Source: a virus (Duplodnaviria; Caudoviricetes). From it: DNA of 64,000 nucleotides. Below the pieces are notes generated by a model. It saw nothing but the letters and a program-made list of their open reading frames with translations. It was not told the DNA's origin and made no database searches. Positions 39,152 to 48,812 of this stretch are shown here, in pieces; positions within the stretch are counted from its first letter, which is position 1, and the number at the start of each line of letters is the position of its first letter. The stretch is taken from positions 20,936 to 84,935 of IMG/VR virus record IMGVR_UViG_3300028805_000091, one strand, 5' to 3'. The translations under genes were made by a program, and so were the position numbers.

Positions 39152-39679
39152 ATGGAAATATATGGTGATCCAAAATATTCAAATAAATTTTATGTTTATT
39201 TAGATGATGGAAGTATTTCTTGGGTACCTAGTTTTAGTATAGCTAAAGAAAACGTTTCTAATACACGTAATAAAGACTGGTATGATAAACCTTTATATTG
39301 TACTACTGAAGAAGTAGCTATTGGATATAATGGTAAAGTTTATATTAAAAGTCAATTACCTGAAGATCCAAATAAAATAGAAATATTTGATAATTTAAAT
39401 AATTTTAAAACTCAAAGTTTACACTATATAGAAGATAAAGTTAATAAATGTATAGAAGAAAATAAATTTAAATCTTTGTTTGATGTAATTTCTTGGAAAG
39501 ATTCTACATTTAAAGACTATAAAGAAAAAGCTGAAAAAGTAATGTTATACAGAGATAAGATATATTCATTTTATGAAAATTTTATAAAAGAACATATGTC
39601 TGAATTAAATATTTCTGATAAACCTGTTGATTTATCTGATTTATTTGATAAATTTATAAATGATTGTCCATTAAAGTAG
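39152..39679 (+). CDS. Tail-fibre-accessory-like protein
   Basis: AAGGAG RBS and GTTCTA at 39115; AIGYNGKVY..SQLP and ISWKDST...Y...A......RD..Y resemble phage fibre-assembly proteins. Confidence 0.45.
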   Translation: MEIYGDPKYSNKFYVYLDDGSISWVPSFSIAKENVSNTRNKDWYDKPLYCTTEEVAIGYNGKVYIKSQLPEDPNKIEIFDNLNNFKTQSLHYIEDKVNKCIEENKFKSLFDVISWKDSTFKDYKEKAEKVMLYRDKIYSFYENFIKEHMSELNISDKPVDLSDLFDKFINDCPLK

Positions 39680-39686
39680 GTATTAA

Positions 39687-40595
39687 ATGAAATCTGCTAT
39701 ACGTTTATTTATAATTCCAACATTTAAAGTAAATTATATTTATAATTACTATGAATATAAATCTAAAGCTAATGAAGATAAAATTTTAGATGTTGTAGAA
39801 TTAGATCAGAAATTAGCAGAATTACAAAAAATATATGATATAACTCAAATCGATATAACAGGAGGAGAACCTTCTTTATTATCTGATTTTTACTTTGATA
39901 TGTTATTTTATTTATTAAAAACCTATTGTAAAAAAGTAAATGTATATACTGATTTTATTAAAATTCATAAAAGTATTATAAATCATTGTGATATCATAAA
40001 TGTAAATTTTAATTTTAATGGATATTCTCAAAAAGGACAAGAAGTATTTAATAATATTCAAACAGCTGTAAATAATGGTAAAATTATAAATTTAAAATCA
40101 TTAGATATATCCTGTGATAAAAATCAAATAAAGATTATAAAAAGTTTAAATGATTCAGGTATTAAGTCTTGGGAAATAATACCATATCATCAAAGTATAT
40201 ATACATCATTAAAAGCTAATGATTATTCTTATACAGAAGATGTAATTAGATATTTTTTATTATCTTATAAACAGATGAAATTTGCATTTCAAAATAAACT
40301 TCAAATGGATAGTATTTTACCTATTGATAACTATAATACAAAAATAGTATATATTACTCCATATAGTAAATATGCTATACAAGAATTTAATAAAAACAAG
40401 CAATTTCAATTACTTAATTTAAATAATATAGAAGAATTACAGAAAAAATTAGAAGAAATGGAAAAAATACGAGATAATTTTTGTGATAAGTGTGATTCTA
40501 AATTACTGTGTCTAGCAAATAGACATCTAAATTTAAATTATGACGGTAAAAGTTGTAGTGGATTTAGAAATCTAATTTATTTTTATAGACATTGA
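39687..40595 (+). CDS. Degenerate radical-SAM/SPASM-like protein lacking CxxxCxxC
   Basis: IPTFKVNYIYNYY in place of the Cys motif, IDITGGEPSL, C-terminal CDKCDSKLLC...SCSG. Confidence 0.65.
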   Translation: MKSAIRLFIIPTFKVNYIYNYYEYKSKANEDKILDVVELDQKLAELQKIYDITQIDITGGEPSLLSDFYFDMLFYLLKTYCKKVNVYTDFIKIHKSIINHCDIINVNFNFNGYSQKGQEVFNNIQTAVNNGKIINLKSLDISCDKNQIKIIKSLNDSGIKSWEIIPYHQSIYTSLKANDYSYTEDVIRYFLLSYKQMKFAFQNKLQMDSILPIDNYNTKIVYITPYSKYAIQEFNKNKQFQLLNLNNIEELQKKLEEMEKIRDNFCDKCDSKLLCLANRHLNLNYDGKSCSGFRNLIYFYRH

Positions 40596-41173
40596 CAAGG
40601 AAATATAGTATGAATTATATGAGTTTAGTATTAGGCGAAAGAAAAGTACCTGATAATAATAAAAACTTAGCAAATAAAATTGATGAATTGAAAGCTTTAG
40701 TAAAAAAGAATAAAATAAAGTTTAATAAAACGATTAAAAAGCTTGGAAATACAATGTATAGTGTAAATGGTTTACCTTATATATCTGTTTCAAGAGATGT
40801 ATTAAAAAAACCTGATTCTATATGTTCTATTCGTATAAATTGGAAAAAGAAATCTATGGGAGATATGACATTAGACGAAGCTATTAAAGAACTTAAAGAA
40901 CAATGGTGTTGGAATGTTTCAGTTGTAGATGAAGAACACACACGTAATAAATATAAAAATAAAGATATTATTTGTGTAGTATTTGATACAAAAGAAGAAG
41001 CTGAAAAAAATATGGAAATTTTTAATAAACTTTTTATGACTGCTATTGAACAAGATTGTGTAGAAGAATATAAAAGATTTAAAGAAAATCCAGATAAAAG
41101 ACCATTAACCTTTGATAGATTAGTTTCGAATTATGCTGAATTATATCAAGCTGTAGATGACGGTATACTTTAA
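40592..41173 (+). CDS. Hypothetical protein
   Basis: Long ORF in the operon; exact start uncertain (TTG 40592 or a downstream ATG). Confidence 0.55.
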   Translation: MTRKYSMNYMSLVLGERKVPDNNKNLANKIDELKALVKKNKIKFNKTIKKLGNTMYSVNGLPYISVSRDVLKKPDSICSIRINWKKKSMGDMTLDEAIKELKEQWCWNVSVVDEEHTRNKYKNKDIICVVFDTKEEAEKNMEIFNKLFMTAIEQDCVEEYKRFKENPDKRPLTFDRLVSNYAELYQAVDDGIL

Positions 41174-41185
41174 AGGAGAAAACAT

Positions 41186-41515
41186 ATGAGTGAAGGACGT
41201 AAAACAATTAAACTTTTTGTAAAAGGTAAGATGGGAGTAGGTAAAACAACTCTTATTACTACTTTACATGATATTCTTAAAAGAAATAAAAAGTTTAAAG
41301 AAAGTTTTAATGGTTATGATATTGAAATTTTTGAATATGCTGAATGTGATGAAGGTGAAATTCAGTCAGCACATAATAAAAGATGGTCAATTGATGACGG
41401 TAAACTTGAAGAAATTGAATTTTTAAGTGTTACATATCATAAATCTTTTATTGATTTAATTTGGAAAATTATTAAATGGCCATTTGTTAAACTTTTCAAA
41501 TTAATCAGAAAATAA
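41186..41515 (+). CDS. Small protein with a P-loop-like motif
   Basis: AAGGAG RBS; GKMGVGKTT. Confidence 0.55.
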   Translation: MSEGRKTIKLFVKGKMGVGKTTLITTLHDILKRNKKFKESFNGYDIEIFEYAECDEGEIQSAHNKRWSIDDGKLEEIEFLSVTYHKSFIDLIWKIIKWPFVKLFKLIRK

Positions 41516-41596
41516 ACTATTTGGAAATTTAAATTAGTAGAAATTGTCAATTATAAGACTTCTATATTGTGTAGTACAATTGGAGGTCTTTTTTAT

Positions 41597-43459
41597 ATGA
41601 GGTTTAATATACGCCAAATAGATATTGAAAACTTTAGAAGTGTACAGTCTAAAGTTAAATTTATGATTAAACCAGGTTTGTATTCCATAGAAGGTACGAA
41701 TAGTGATGAGAAAACAAATAATGGTGCTGGTAAATCTACAATTGTTTCAGCTCTATATTGGTGCTTAACCGGCAATGCATTGACAAATGAAGTTTTAGCT
41801 GATGATGTTGTAAATATTAAAGCTGGAAAAAATTGTCGTGTAACAGTTTATATTGACTCTGATCAAGGTGATATAAAGATTAGCCGTGTAAGAAAAGACT
41901 CTGAGTTAGGTAATAACTTATTTCTTGAAATTTGTGGTCAAGATTTAACTTGTCATAAAGTAGCGGATACTCAAGTTAGAATTAACCAACTCTTTAGAAT
42001 TCCGTTTGATTTATTACGTAGTACTATATTAATGACTCATGACATGAAGTCTGCGTTTTCTGAACTAACACCACAGATGCGTGTACAAACCCTTGAAAGT
42101 ATTCGAGACTATTCTGTGTGGGATAAAGTTAGAGATGAAGCTAATAAGGACATAAAGAGCTATAATAAGGATATTCAAAGTCTTAATATGGATTTAAGTA
42201 GTGTTATAGGAAGTTGTGACACGTATAAGAAATTATCGCAAAGCACAGCGGAGACCTATACTACTCTTCAAAAATCTTTCAGCTTAGATGAAATAACTAA
42301 TAAAATCAATAAGTTATCTGATGAAAATAATACTTTAATGGAACAAAGTACAAAAATTTTAACAGATATGCATACATTTGAAAATCAGTTAAATCAGTAC
42401 GAAAGCAATGACTTACAAAAGCAGCTTAATGAGATAGTCGATTCTGCAAACAATATTAAACTTAATCTTCAGAGTACGGAATACGAGCGGAAAGATTTAG
42501 TCAATGATATTGAATTAATCGATGCTTGGTTTAAAAATGATAGATGTCCTACTTGTGGTCACTTGTTAGAAAGAACAGAAGAAGAAAAAACATCTAAAAC
42601 AAACAATCGTGAGAAATTAAAAGAGTCTTTAAAGTCTTTAGATGATAAAACAAAAAAGTTAAATGATGATATATTAGTTAAAAGAAAAGAATGGTCTGAA
42701 GTTAATATAAAATTACAAACTATTGATAAGTCAAAAAAAGAGATTAAAGATAAAATAAATGAATTGTTTAATCAAGATAAACAAATTCAAAGAAAAGTAG
42801 CAGATAATAAGATTTCAATAGCTCAATTACAAAATGAAAGAGATTCACATAATTCACGCCTTACTAAATTAGATGAAGATATGAAAAACTATACTTCTGA
42901 AATAGGTAAGCTAGAAGAAAAACAAAAAGATATATCTACACAGATTAAAGTATTAGAAGAAAAACGTCAGTTATCTGATTATTTCTATAAATTGCTTGGT
43001 AGTAAAGGTGAATTAAGACCATATTTATTAAAAAGTGATATTATGTACTTAAATCAATGTATGCAAAAGTATATACATTTGTTTTTTATGAATACAGAAG
43101 CTTCATTATCATTAGAAGGAGCTAATATTGAGATTAGTATTGAAAGTAATGGTATTACTAAGAAAGTATCTAGCTTATCTGGCGGTGAAAAGAAACGTCT
43201 TAATATTGCTATTCAGTTAGCTTTATATGATTTAATTAAAATGACGTCTCAAGTTAGCTTTAATTTGTTATGGTTAGATGAAATTGAGTCAGAATTAGAT
43301 CAAGCTGGTGTAAATCAACTTATTGATATAATTGAAGATAAATCAGATGATATTGAATCTGTACTTTGGATAACAAATAATCCTATTGTTAAAGAAAATA
43401 TTACACATAAGTATATTTGTACAAAATCTTTAGGTGTAACTACAGTAGAGGAACAATAA
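41597..43459 (+). CDS. SbcC/Rad50-like ATPase (T4 gp46-like)
   Basis: ENFRS, NGAGKST (Walker A), coiled coil, CPTC zinc hook, LSGGE signature, LWLDE (Walker B); GGAGGT RBS before ATG 41597. Confidence 0.92.
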   Translation: MRFNIRQIDIENFRSVQSKVKFMIKPGLYSIEGTNSDEKTNNGAGKSTIVSALYWCLTGNALTNEVLADDVVNIKAGKNCRVTVYIDSDQGDIKISRVRKDSELGNNLFLEICGQDLTCHKVADTQVRINQLFRIPFDLLRSTILMTHDMKSAFSELTPQMRVQTLESIRDYSVWDKVRDEANKDIKSYNKDIQSLNMDLSSVIGSCDTYKKLSQSTAETYTTLQKSFSLDEITNKINKLSDENNTLMEQSTKILTDMHTFENQLNQYESNDLQKQLNEIVDSANNIKLNLQSTEYERKDLVNDIELIDAWFKNDRCPTCGHLLERTEEEKTSKTNNREKLKESLKSLDDKTKKLNDDILVKRKEWSEVNIKLQTIDKSKKEIKDKINELFNQDKQIQRKVADNKISIAQLQNERDSHNSRLTKLDEDMKNYTSEIGKLEEKQKDISTQIKVLEEKRQLSDYFYKLLGSKGELRPYLLKSDIMYLNQCMQKYIHLFFMNTEASLSLEGANIEISIESNGITKKVSSLSGGEKKRLNIAIQLALYDLIKMTSQVSFNLLWLDEIESELDQAGVNQLIDIIEDKSDDIESVLWITNNPIVKENITHKYICTKSLGVTTVEEQ

Positions 43460-43460
43460 T

Positions 43461-44498
43461 ATGAAAATTATGGTATTTGGTGATATACATTTTCATAACG
43501 CACATCATTTTTCTACAATAACTTCTGAAGGTTATACAGTTAGAGAGCTTGAACACTTAGAATGTGCTAAAGTTTTAACAGATTTATACGAATCTAAGAA
43601 AATTGATAAGGTTGTTTGTTTAGGTGATTTATGGAGTCCGGTTGGTGATACTATTTCAGCTCAAACTACAAGTGCTTTAGTTGAATTTTTTGCTAGATTA
43701 CGTGATAAAATACCAAGTATTGATGTATTAGTAGGTAATCATGATTTGATTTTAAATCATCAAAGTGAAATTCATAAATTAGCTTGTATTAAGTATATCC
43801 CTGGTATTCATTTATATGAAACTGGGACAGAAGTTGGTGATTTTATATATATGCCTTATTATACAGATGATGAAAAAGCAACAAAATTTCTACAAAATAT
43901 TGAAAATAAACAAAATAAAATCATTTTTTCTCATTTAGAGTTAGGTAATATTGATTTAGGTAATGGAATTGTAACACAACATGGTGTAAGTCTTGATTTA
44001 TTAAGAAATTTTAAGATGACTTTACAAGGACATTATCATTCTGGTGGAAATTATGGTCATAAAATACAAATTGCAGGTTCTACACAACGTTTGTCTTTTA
44101 AAGATAGAGGAATTGCACGTAAAAATATCATAATTTATGATACAGAGCTTGATAAAATTGAAAGAGAAAGCTTTAGTTCACCCGATTGGCTTACTTTTAA
44201 TGATGAAAATATAGAAAATATATTAAATGTAGATAATAATAACTATGTAAAAGTTGAATTAACAACAGATATCTTATTAACTGATAAAATTAAGGCAAAA
44301 TTAGAGCAATTTAAAGGAAAATATGTTCATATTGATTTAACACGTATATCTGTTAATAAAAAAGTAAATTCTGATGTTAATAATTCGGAAGATAATGTTG
44401 AAATTATACGCCAATTTGTAAATAAATCGGAAAATTCAGAAGAACAAAAAGAACAATTGATTAAAGAAGGCATTAGATTATTAGATAAAACAAAGTAG
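43461..44498 (+). CDS. SbcD/Mre11-like nuclease (T4 gp47-like)
   Basis: GDIH, LGD, GNHD, FSH, GHYH motifs; adjacent to the SbcC-like gene. Confidence 0.9.
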   Translation: MKIMVFGDIHFHNAHHFSTITSEGYTVRELEHLECAKVLTDLYESKKIDKVVCLGDLWSPVGDTISAQTTSALVEFFARLRDKIPSIDVLVGNHDLILNHQSEIHKLACIKYIPGIHLYETGTEVGDFIYMPYYTDDEKATKFLQNIENKQNKIIFSHLELGNIDLGNGIVTQHGVSLDLLRNFKMTLQGHYHSGGNYGHKIQIAGSTQRLSFKDRGIARKNIIIYDTELDKIERESFSSPDWLTFNDENIENILNVDNNNYVKVELTTDILLTDKIKAKLEQFKGKYVHIDLTRISVNKKVNSDVNNSEDNVEIIRQFVNKSENSEEQKEQLIKEGIRLLDKTK

Positions 44499-44608
44499 AA
44501 ATGGAAAAATAATAAAGTAGAAATATTGTATTATTGAATTTCTATATAAACAAGAGATATTTTATGTCTCTATTTAAAATAAACATGTTTATAAAAAGGA
44601 AAACTAAA

Positions 44609-45451
44609 ATGGAAAAACAATTTAATGATGAATGGATGGCAAAAGTACTAAATAGTAAGGATGTATCTGACGATTATTCTGGATCTTTACCTGATATAGA
44701 ATGGATTCGTTATAATAACGGTTTTAAAAAGGGTATTTTGTTTAAAATGTTACCTGCAAATAGCCGTGAAAATAATGTATTTGCATATATTGTAAGCACT
44801 CACTGGTTAACAGATAGTGAAGGTAAGACTCATCGTTTTGTATGTCCAGAACAGACAGTACATTTAGCTAATCAAAAAGTAAAATGTCCGGTATGTGAAG
44901 CTAAACGCCAACTTTTAAAAGCTGGATTTACAGAAGAAGAATTAAGTGTGCCGGGTAAATTTGGTCCTATGCCGGTATTTGATGGTAAACTTACTTCAAA
45001 TATTAAGGTTGTTGTATTAAAAACAGATACAAAACAAGATTGGGATAAATCACATGTTTCTATTTTACAACAAAATGGTTCATATTTAGCTATTTGGTTG
45101 GCTCAAAAGTGGAGAGAAAAAGAAGTACCTAACTTTATGGACTATGAATCTAGTAATCCTATTAAATTTTCTCGTCCAACAGATTCTGGTAAATGGGAAC
45201 GTGAATTTAGTTTTCAAATGTTCCAACCGACTCAAGATGTTTTGGATAAAATTAAGGCTGAAAATGAGGCTTTGTATATGCCAGATATTTGGCGTATGCC
45301 TAGTGATCAAGATTTTATGGAAATTACAAACGTTGTAGATGAATTGAAAAATCAATATATGAAGGCTAAAGAAACAGTAACTTCTGCTTCTACTTCAGTT
45401 GAGGAATCGACTTCTACATCTACTTCTGATTTTGATGATGTTCCATTTTAA
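44609..45451 (+). CDS. Single-stranded DNA-binding protein (T4 gp32-like)
   Basis: THW...CPE...CPVC zinc motif and acidic tail DFDDVPF; AAAGGA RBS. Confidence 0.75.
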   Translation: MEKQFNDEWMAKVLNSKDVSDDYSGSLPDIEWIRYNNGFKKGILFKMLPANSRENNVFAYIVSTHWLTDSEGKTHRFVCPEQTVHLANQKVKCPVCEAKRQLLKAGFTEEELSVPGKFGPMPVFDGKLTSNIKVVVLKTDTKQDWDKSHVSILQQNGSYLAIWLAQKWREKEVPNFMDYESSNPIKFSRPTDSGKWEREFSFQMFQPTQDVLDKIKAENEALYMPDIWRMPSDQDFMEITNVVDELKNQYMKAKETVTSASTSVEESTSTSTSDFDDVPF

Positions 45452-45468
45452 GGTTTTTTAGGCAGTTT

Positions 45469-45512
45469 GGGGTGTAGTATTTTTTTATGTGGTTGTCCTT
45501 TTACTACACCCC
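45469..45512. terminator. Strong hairpin after the SSB gene
   Basis: GGGGTGTAGTA / TACTACACCCC perfect 11-bp stem; weak U-tract. Confidence 0.5.
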
Positions 45513-45533
45513 TTCATAGGATAAAAATATGAA

Positions 45534-46025
45534 ATGAAGAAAACACCATTAAAAGCTAAACAATCAAATCTTAAAAAAACGCCTTTAAAGTCTAAGAATA
45601 ATAGGCTTAGGGCGAATTCTTCTTTAAAGCAAACTAGTTTTTTAAAAGTAAAAGGTTTTCTTCTTAAAGTAACTCCAGGCAAAGGTTTAACTAAAACAGA
45701 ATTAAAAAATAATGGAAATGAGCTTAAGAAACAAAATGATAAAGCTAAAGAAAAGTGGCAAGAAGTAAGACAAAAAGTTATAGAAAGAGATGATGGAAAA
45801 TGTGTAGTTTGTGGAAGACCTGGTACTCATGTACATCATATTCATTTACGGTCTAAAAGAAAAGATTTATTATATGAAATGAATAACCTAGTACTTTTAT
45901 GCTCTAAACATCATGATCATCAAAGTATAGATGGTTTATATGAAGTAAATGAAAGAATAGCCAGAGCTAAGCATATGACTTTAGAAGAGTTGTTAAAATT
46001 TGCAGAAACAAAAAGTGAGGAATAA
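45534..46025 (+). CDS. HNH endonuclease with basic N-terminal repeats
   Basis: CVVCG...HVHHI...LVLLCSKHH; KKTPLK occurs twice. Confidence 0.8.
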   Translation: MKKTPLKAKQSNLKKTPLKSKNNRLRANSSLKQTSFLKVKGFLLKVTPGKGLTKTELKNNGNELKKQNDKAKEKWQEVRQKVIERDDGKCVVCGRPGTHVHHIHLRSKRKDLLYEMNNLVLLCSKHHDHQSIDGLYEVNERIARAKHMTLEELLKFAETKSEE

Positions 46026-46028
46026 ACC

Positions 46029-46394
46029 ATGAAAAGAATAATTATAGATTTTTTGAGAAAAATTTTTAATTGTAGTATTTATGATTTAAATGGAACTTGT
46101 GAAATATATTATGATAAAAAATATAAAGAATGGATGTTTTTTTGCTTTGTTAATACATTCGGTCAAATGTTACCAGAAGGTCATCATGAACAAGCTAGAA
46201 ATGTACTTTTCGATGCTACCTATTATATTAAAAAACCGGATAAAGAAAAGCTTTTAAAAGCCGGATTTAAAAAAGATGAAGAAAATCACTATTCTTTAAT
46301 TTTAAGTCGAAAAATTTCTACTGAAAAAGAATTTAATGAAATCGAACAGCAAATCAGAGATTTACAAAAATTAGTAGTAGATAAGGAAGTATAG
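46029..46394 (+). CDS. Hypothetical protein
   Basis: GAGG RBS; 121 aa. Confidence 0.6.
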   Translation: MKRIIIDFLRKIFNCSIYDLNGTCEIYYDKKYKEWMFFCFVNTFGQMLPEGHHEQARNVLFDATYYIKKPDKEKLLKAGFKKDEENHYSLILSRKISTEKEFNEIEQQIRDLQKLVVDKEV

Positions 46395-46395
46395 C

Positions 46396-46845
46396 ATGGA
46401 AGAGTTTGATATTGAAAAAGTAGAAGCTTTAGATTATGAAGCAATTAAATCTCAGTTATATCTTATTTTTAAAGAAGAAAAGGATGTAGTTGCTTTTGTT
46501 AATTTTTTACAAAATATTCAAAAGTTTGCAAATTTATCAACAGATAAACGTCATATGAATCTTGTCAATTTAGCATATTTTCGTTCACAAATTCAATTAT
46601 ATGAAAAGAAAATTCAAGCTCTTATCGATAAGAAAAAGAATGAACAAATAAGAGCTGCTATTAAAAAAGCAAAAGGTTGTGGTGAAAAAATCACAGAAAA
46701 TACAATAACTTATTATAGTGAGGAAAATGAAATTATTGATGGTTTAACAGAATTACATAATCTTGTTTGTGCTTGGTCATTATATATGAGTGATTTATAT
46801 TTTGTTTGTGGACAAACCAATAAAAATTTAGGAGATTTAAATTAA
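46396..46845 (+). CDS. Coiled-coil protein, possibly UvsY-like recombination mediator
   Basis: 149 aa helical protein near gp32/gp46/gp47-like genes; no diagnostic motif. Confidence 0.3.
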   Translation: MEEFDIEKVEALDYEAIKSQLYLIFKEEKDVVAFVNFLQNIQKFANLSTDKRHMNLVNLAYFRSQIQLYEKKIQALIDKKKNEQIRAAIKKAKGCGEKITENTITYYSEENEIIDGLTELHNLVCAWSLYMSDLYFVCGQTNKNLGDLN

Positions 46846-46944
46846 GCGTTTACTGTTTGGAAGTTTAATCGAATTATGACTTTACAGTTTTTACGTTTTA
46901 AATTTATTATAAAAGTAAAGATTAAATAAGGAGACTAACCACCT

Positions 46945-47979
46945 ATGATTAAAACAATAAAAAAAGCAAGAATTTCTAAAAAAACAAATAGAAAACAAAA
47001 CTTTAAAAAATTTGTAGAATCTGGTTATTCTGACAAACAAGCTTTTTTAAGTGCTTGTAAAAACGATGAAAATTTACTTATTTATACTTGTTTAACTGAT
47101 GAAGAATTAGACGAAATATTTGTAAAACTTAAAGAGTTTAATAATATAGATGATATGACTTCATATTTAGTTAATAATCAACCAATTATGAATTCTGATC
47201 CAGAGCGTTTTGATAGATGTGTAAAATCATTAGCTAGTTTTTTAAAAGGTTATATTGAATATAATGGTTTTAGATTATCAAATGCAAATGGTAATTATGA
47301 AGATTGGTCTGCTGAATTTTATCTTAAATATGTAAAGATTTGTAATTTTTATCGTACACGTTGGTTTTTCCCAGAAACTTTAGAAAAAGAATCTACTGTT
47401 GTATATAATCCTATGCAGTATAAAGAATTTTTATATATTGTTAGATTATCTATTTCAGGGGATAGAAAGCATAAAGCATTTTTAGCTACTCAAGATCAAG
47501 AAGCTTCTATATTTAAACTATCGCTGGATGCTAAAATAGAAGATTCAAAAGGAAAAAAATCATTAGCAGATGTTGTACCAGATGCTGATAGAGATGCGGA
47601 TCACCTTGAAAGTCAAGCAAATGTTAACTATATTATAAGTAAAGCTTTAACTCTTGCAAAAAAATATCCTGATGCTAAAAAAATTTATGATAAAATAAAA
47701 GATTTTTATGATAAACAAGATCCAATTGGTTTTGATAAAAAAACTATTTTATTAGGAAAAATCTTTTTATATAAAGCTGGATTAGTTAGTCCAAAAATTT
47801 TACAATTTATTAAAGCTTTATCACCAACTTATAAAATGCGTTATAATATATCACCAGATCGTATTCAAACACAACTACAAGAAATGAAAAAAGTAAAAAC
47901 AGGTAAATCTATTAAAAAAGTTAAAACTAAAGATTTGGGTTGGAAAGAATTACTTTTAAGAAAAAGAGGAGAAATCTAA
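46945..47979 (+). CDS. Putative divergent sigma70-family factor
   Basis: YEDWSAEFYLKYVKICNFY (region 2.2-like), EFLYIVRLSI (2.4-like), LSLDAKIED....SLADVVPD (region 3.2-like). Confidence 0.45.
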   Translation: MIKTIKKARISKKTNRKQNFKKFVESGYSDKQAFLSACKNDENLLIYTCLTDEELDEIFVKLKEFNNIDDMTSYLVNNQPIMNSDPERFDRCVKSLASFLKGYIEYNGFRLSNANGNYEDWSAEFYLKYVKICNFYRTRWFFPETLEKESTVVYNPMQYKEFLYIVRLSISGDRKHKAFLATQDQEASIFKLSLDAKIEDSKGKKSLADVVPDADRDADHLESQANVNYIISKALTLAKKYPDAKKIYDKIKDFYDKQDPIGFDKKTILLGKIFLYKAGLVSPKILQFIKALSPTYKMRYNISPDRIQTQLQEMKKVKTGKSIKKVKTKDLGWKELLLRKRGEI

Positions 47980-48530
47980 TGACAAAAGTAAATATGATTG
48001 TAGCTATTGGTCCAGATAATATAATTGGATATAGTAATAAATTAGCTTGGCATTCTAAAGTTGATTTACAGCATTTTAAAGAATTAACAAAAGGATGTCC
48101 AGTAATTTTTGGTGCAACAACTTTCTTTGGTCTTCCAAAATATCCATTACCAAATAGACTTAATATTGTACTTGATAATAGTGAATCAAAAGTATTTGCT
48201 GTTAATGCTGTATGCGATAGAAAAGATGATAAATGGAGGGGATGGGTTGAAGCTACATCTGTTGAAAATGCTTTAGATTTTTGTGGTAATTTTGATGAAG
48301 TATTTATATGCGGTGGAGCATCTATATATAAATATTGTTTAGAAAATAACTTAATTAATTGTGTATATATAACTAAAGTAAATTGTCAATTAGAAGAAAG
48401 AAATGATTATATAAAATTTCCTTTTGATATTAATACATATTTACATCATGAAAAATGGAATGCTAAATTAGAAGAAGCTTTATTAGATGAAGATATTCGT
48501 TTAGAATTTTGGAAGTATACTCAAAAATAA
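47979..48530 (+). CDS. folA: Dihydrofolate reductase
   Basis: MIVAIG..NIIG..N.LAW...DLQHFK.LT, PLPNRLNIVL, FICGGASIY; TAATG coupling gives the start at 47979. Confidence 0.9.
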   Translation: MTKVNMIVAIGPDNIIGYSNKLAWHSKVDLQHFKELTKGCPVIFGATTFFGLPKYPLPNRLNIVLDNSESKVFAVNAVCDRKDDKWRGWVEATSVENALDFCGNFDEVFICGGASIYKYCLENNLINCVYITKVNCQLEERNDYIKFPFDINTYLHHEKWNAKLEEALLDEDIRLEFWKYTQK

Positions 48531-48570
48531 AGATAAAGTTCTAATTAGCGTTGATTATAACAATCGACAG

Positions 48571-48616
48571 AGAGTAGTTAGGTTTCCCCTCCTTTCCCTA
48601 GCTACTCTTTTATTTT
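48571..48616 (+). terminator. Intrinsic terminator
   Basis: AGAGTAGTTAGG / CCTAGCTACTCT stem followed by a T-run. Confidence 0.75.
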
Positions 48617-48686
48617 ATATATAATAGAAAAATAAATACAAATAGTTTAATAAAAATAGCAGTTCTATAAAAGAACTATTTATTTT

Positions 48687-48775
48687 ATATAGCTAAGACG
48701 TAGATTAAGTTCTTGTTTTAGCTATATTTTTTATACGCCCTTTATATGTATTTATTGAGCATATTAATCCTTGGT
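48687..48775 (+). promoter_or_regulatory. Structured 5' leader element, copy A
   Basis: ATATAGCTAAGAC / GTTTTAGCTATAT stem 20 nt after a GTTCTA motif; homologous to 50816-50916. Confidence 0.55.
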
Positions 48776-48812
48776 TTTTTAGTCTTTTTTTAACTTTGAA
48801 GGATATATAAAT

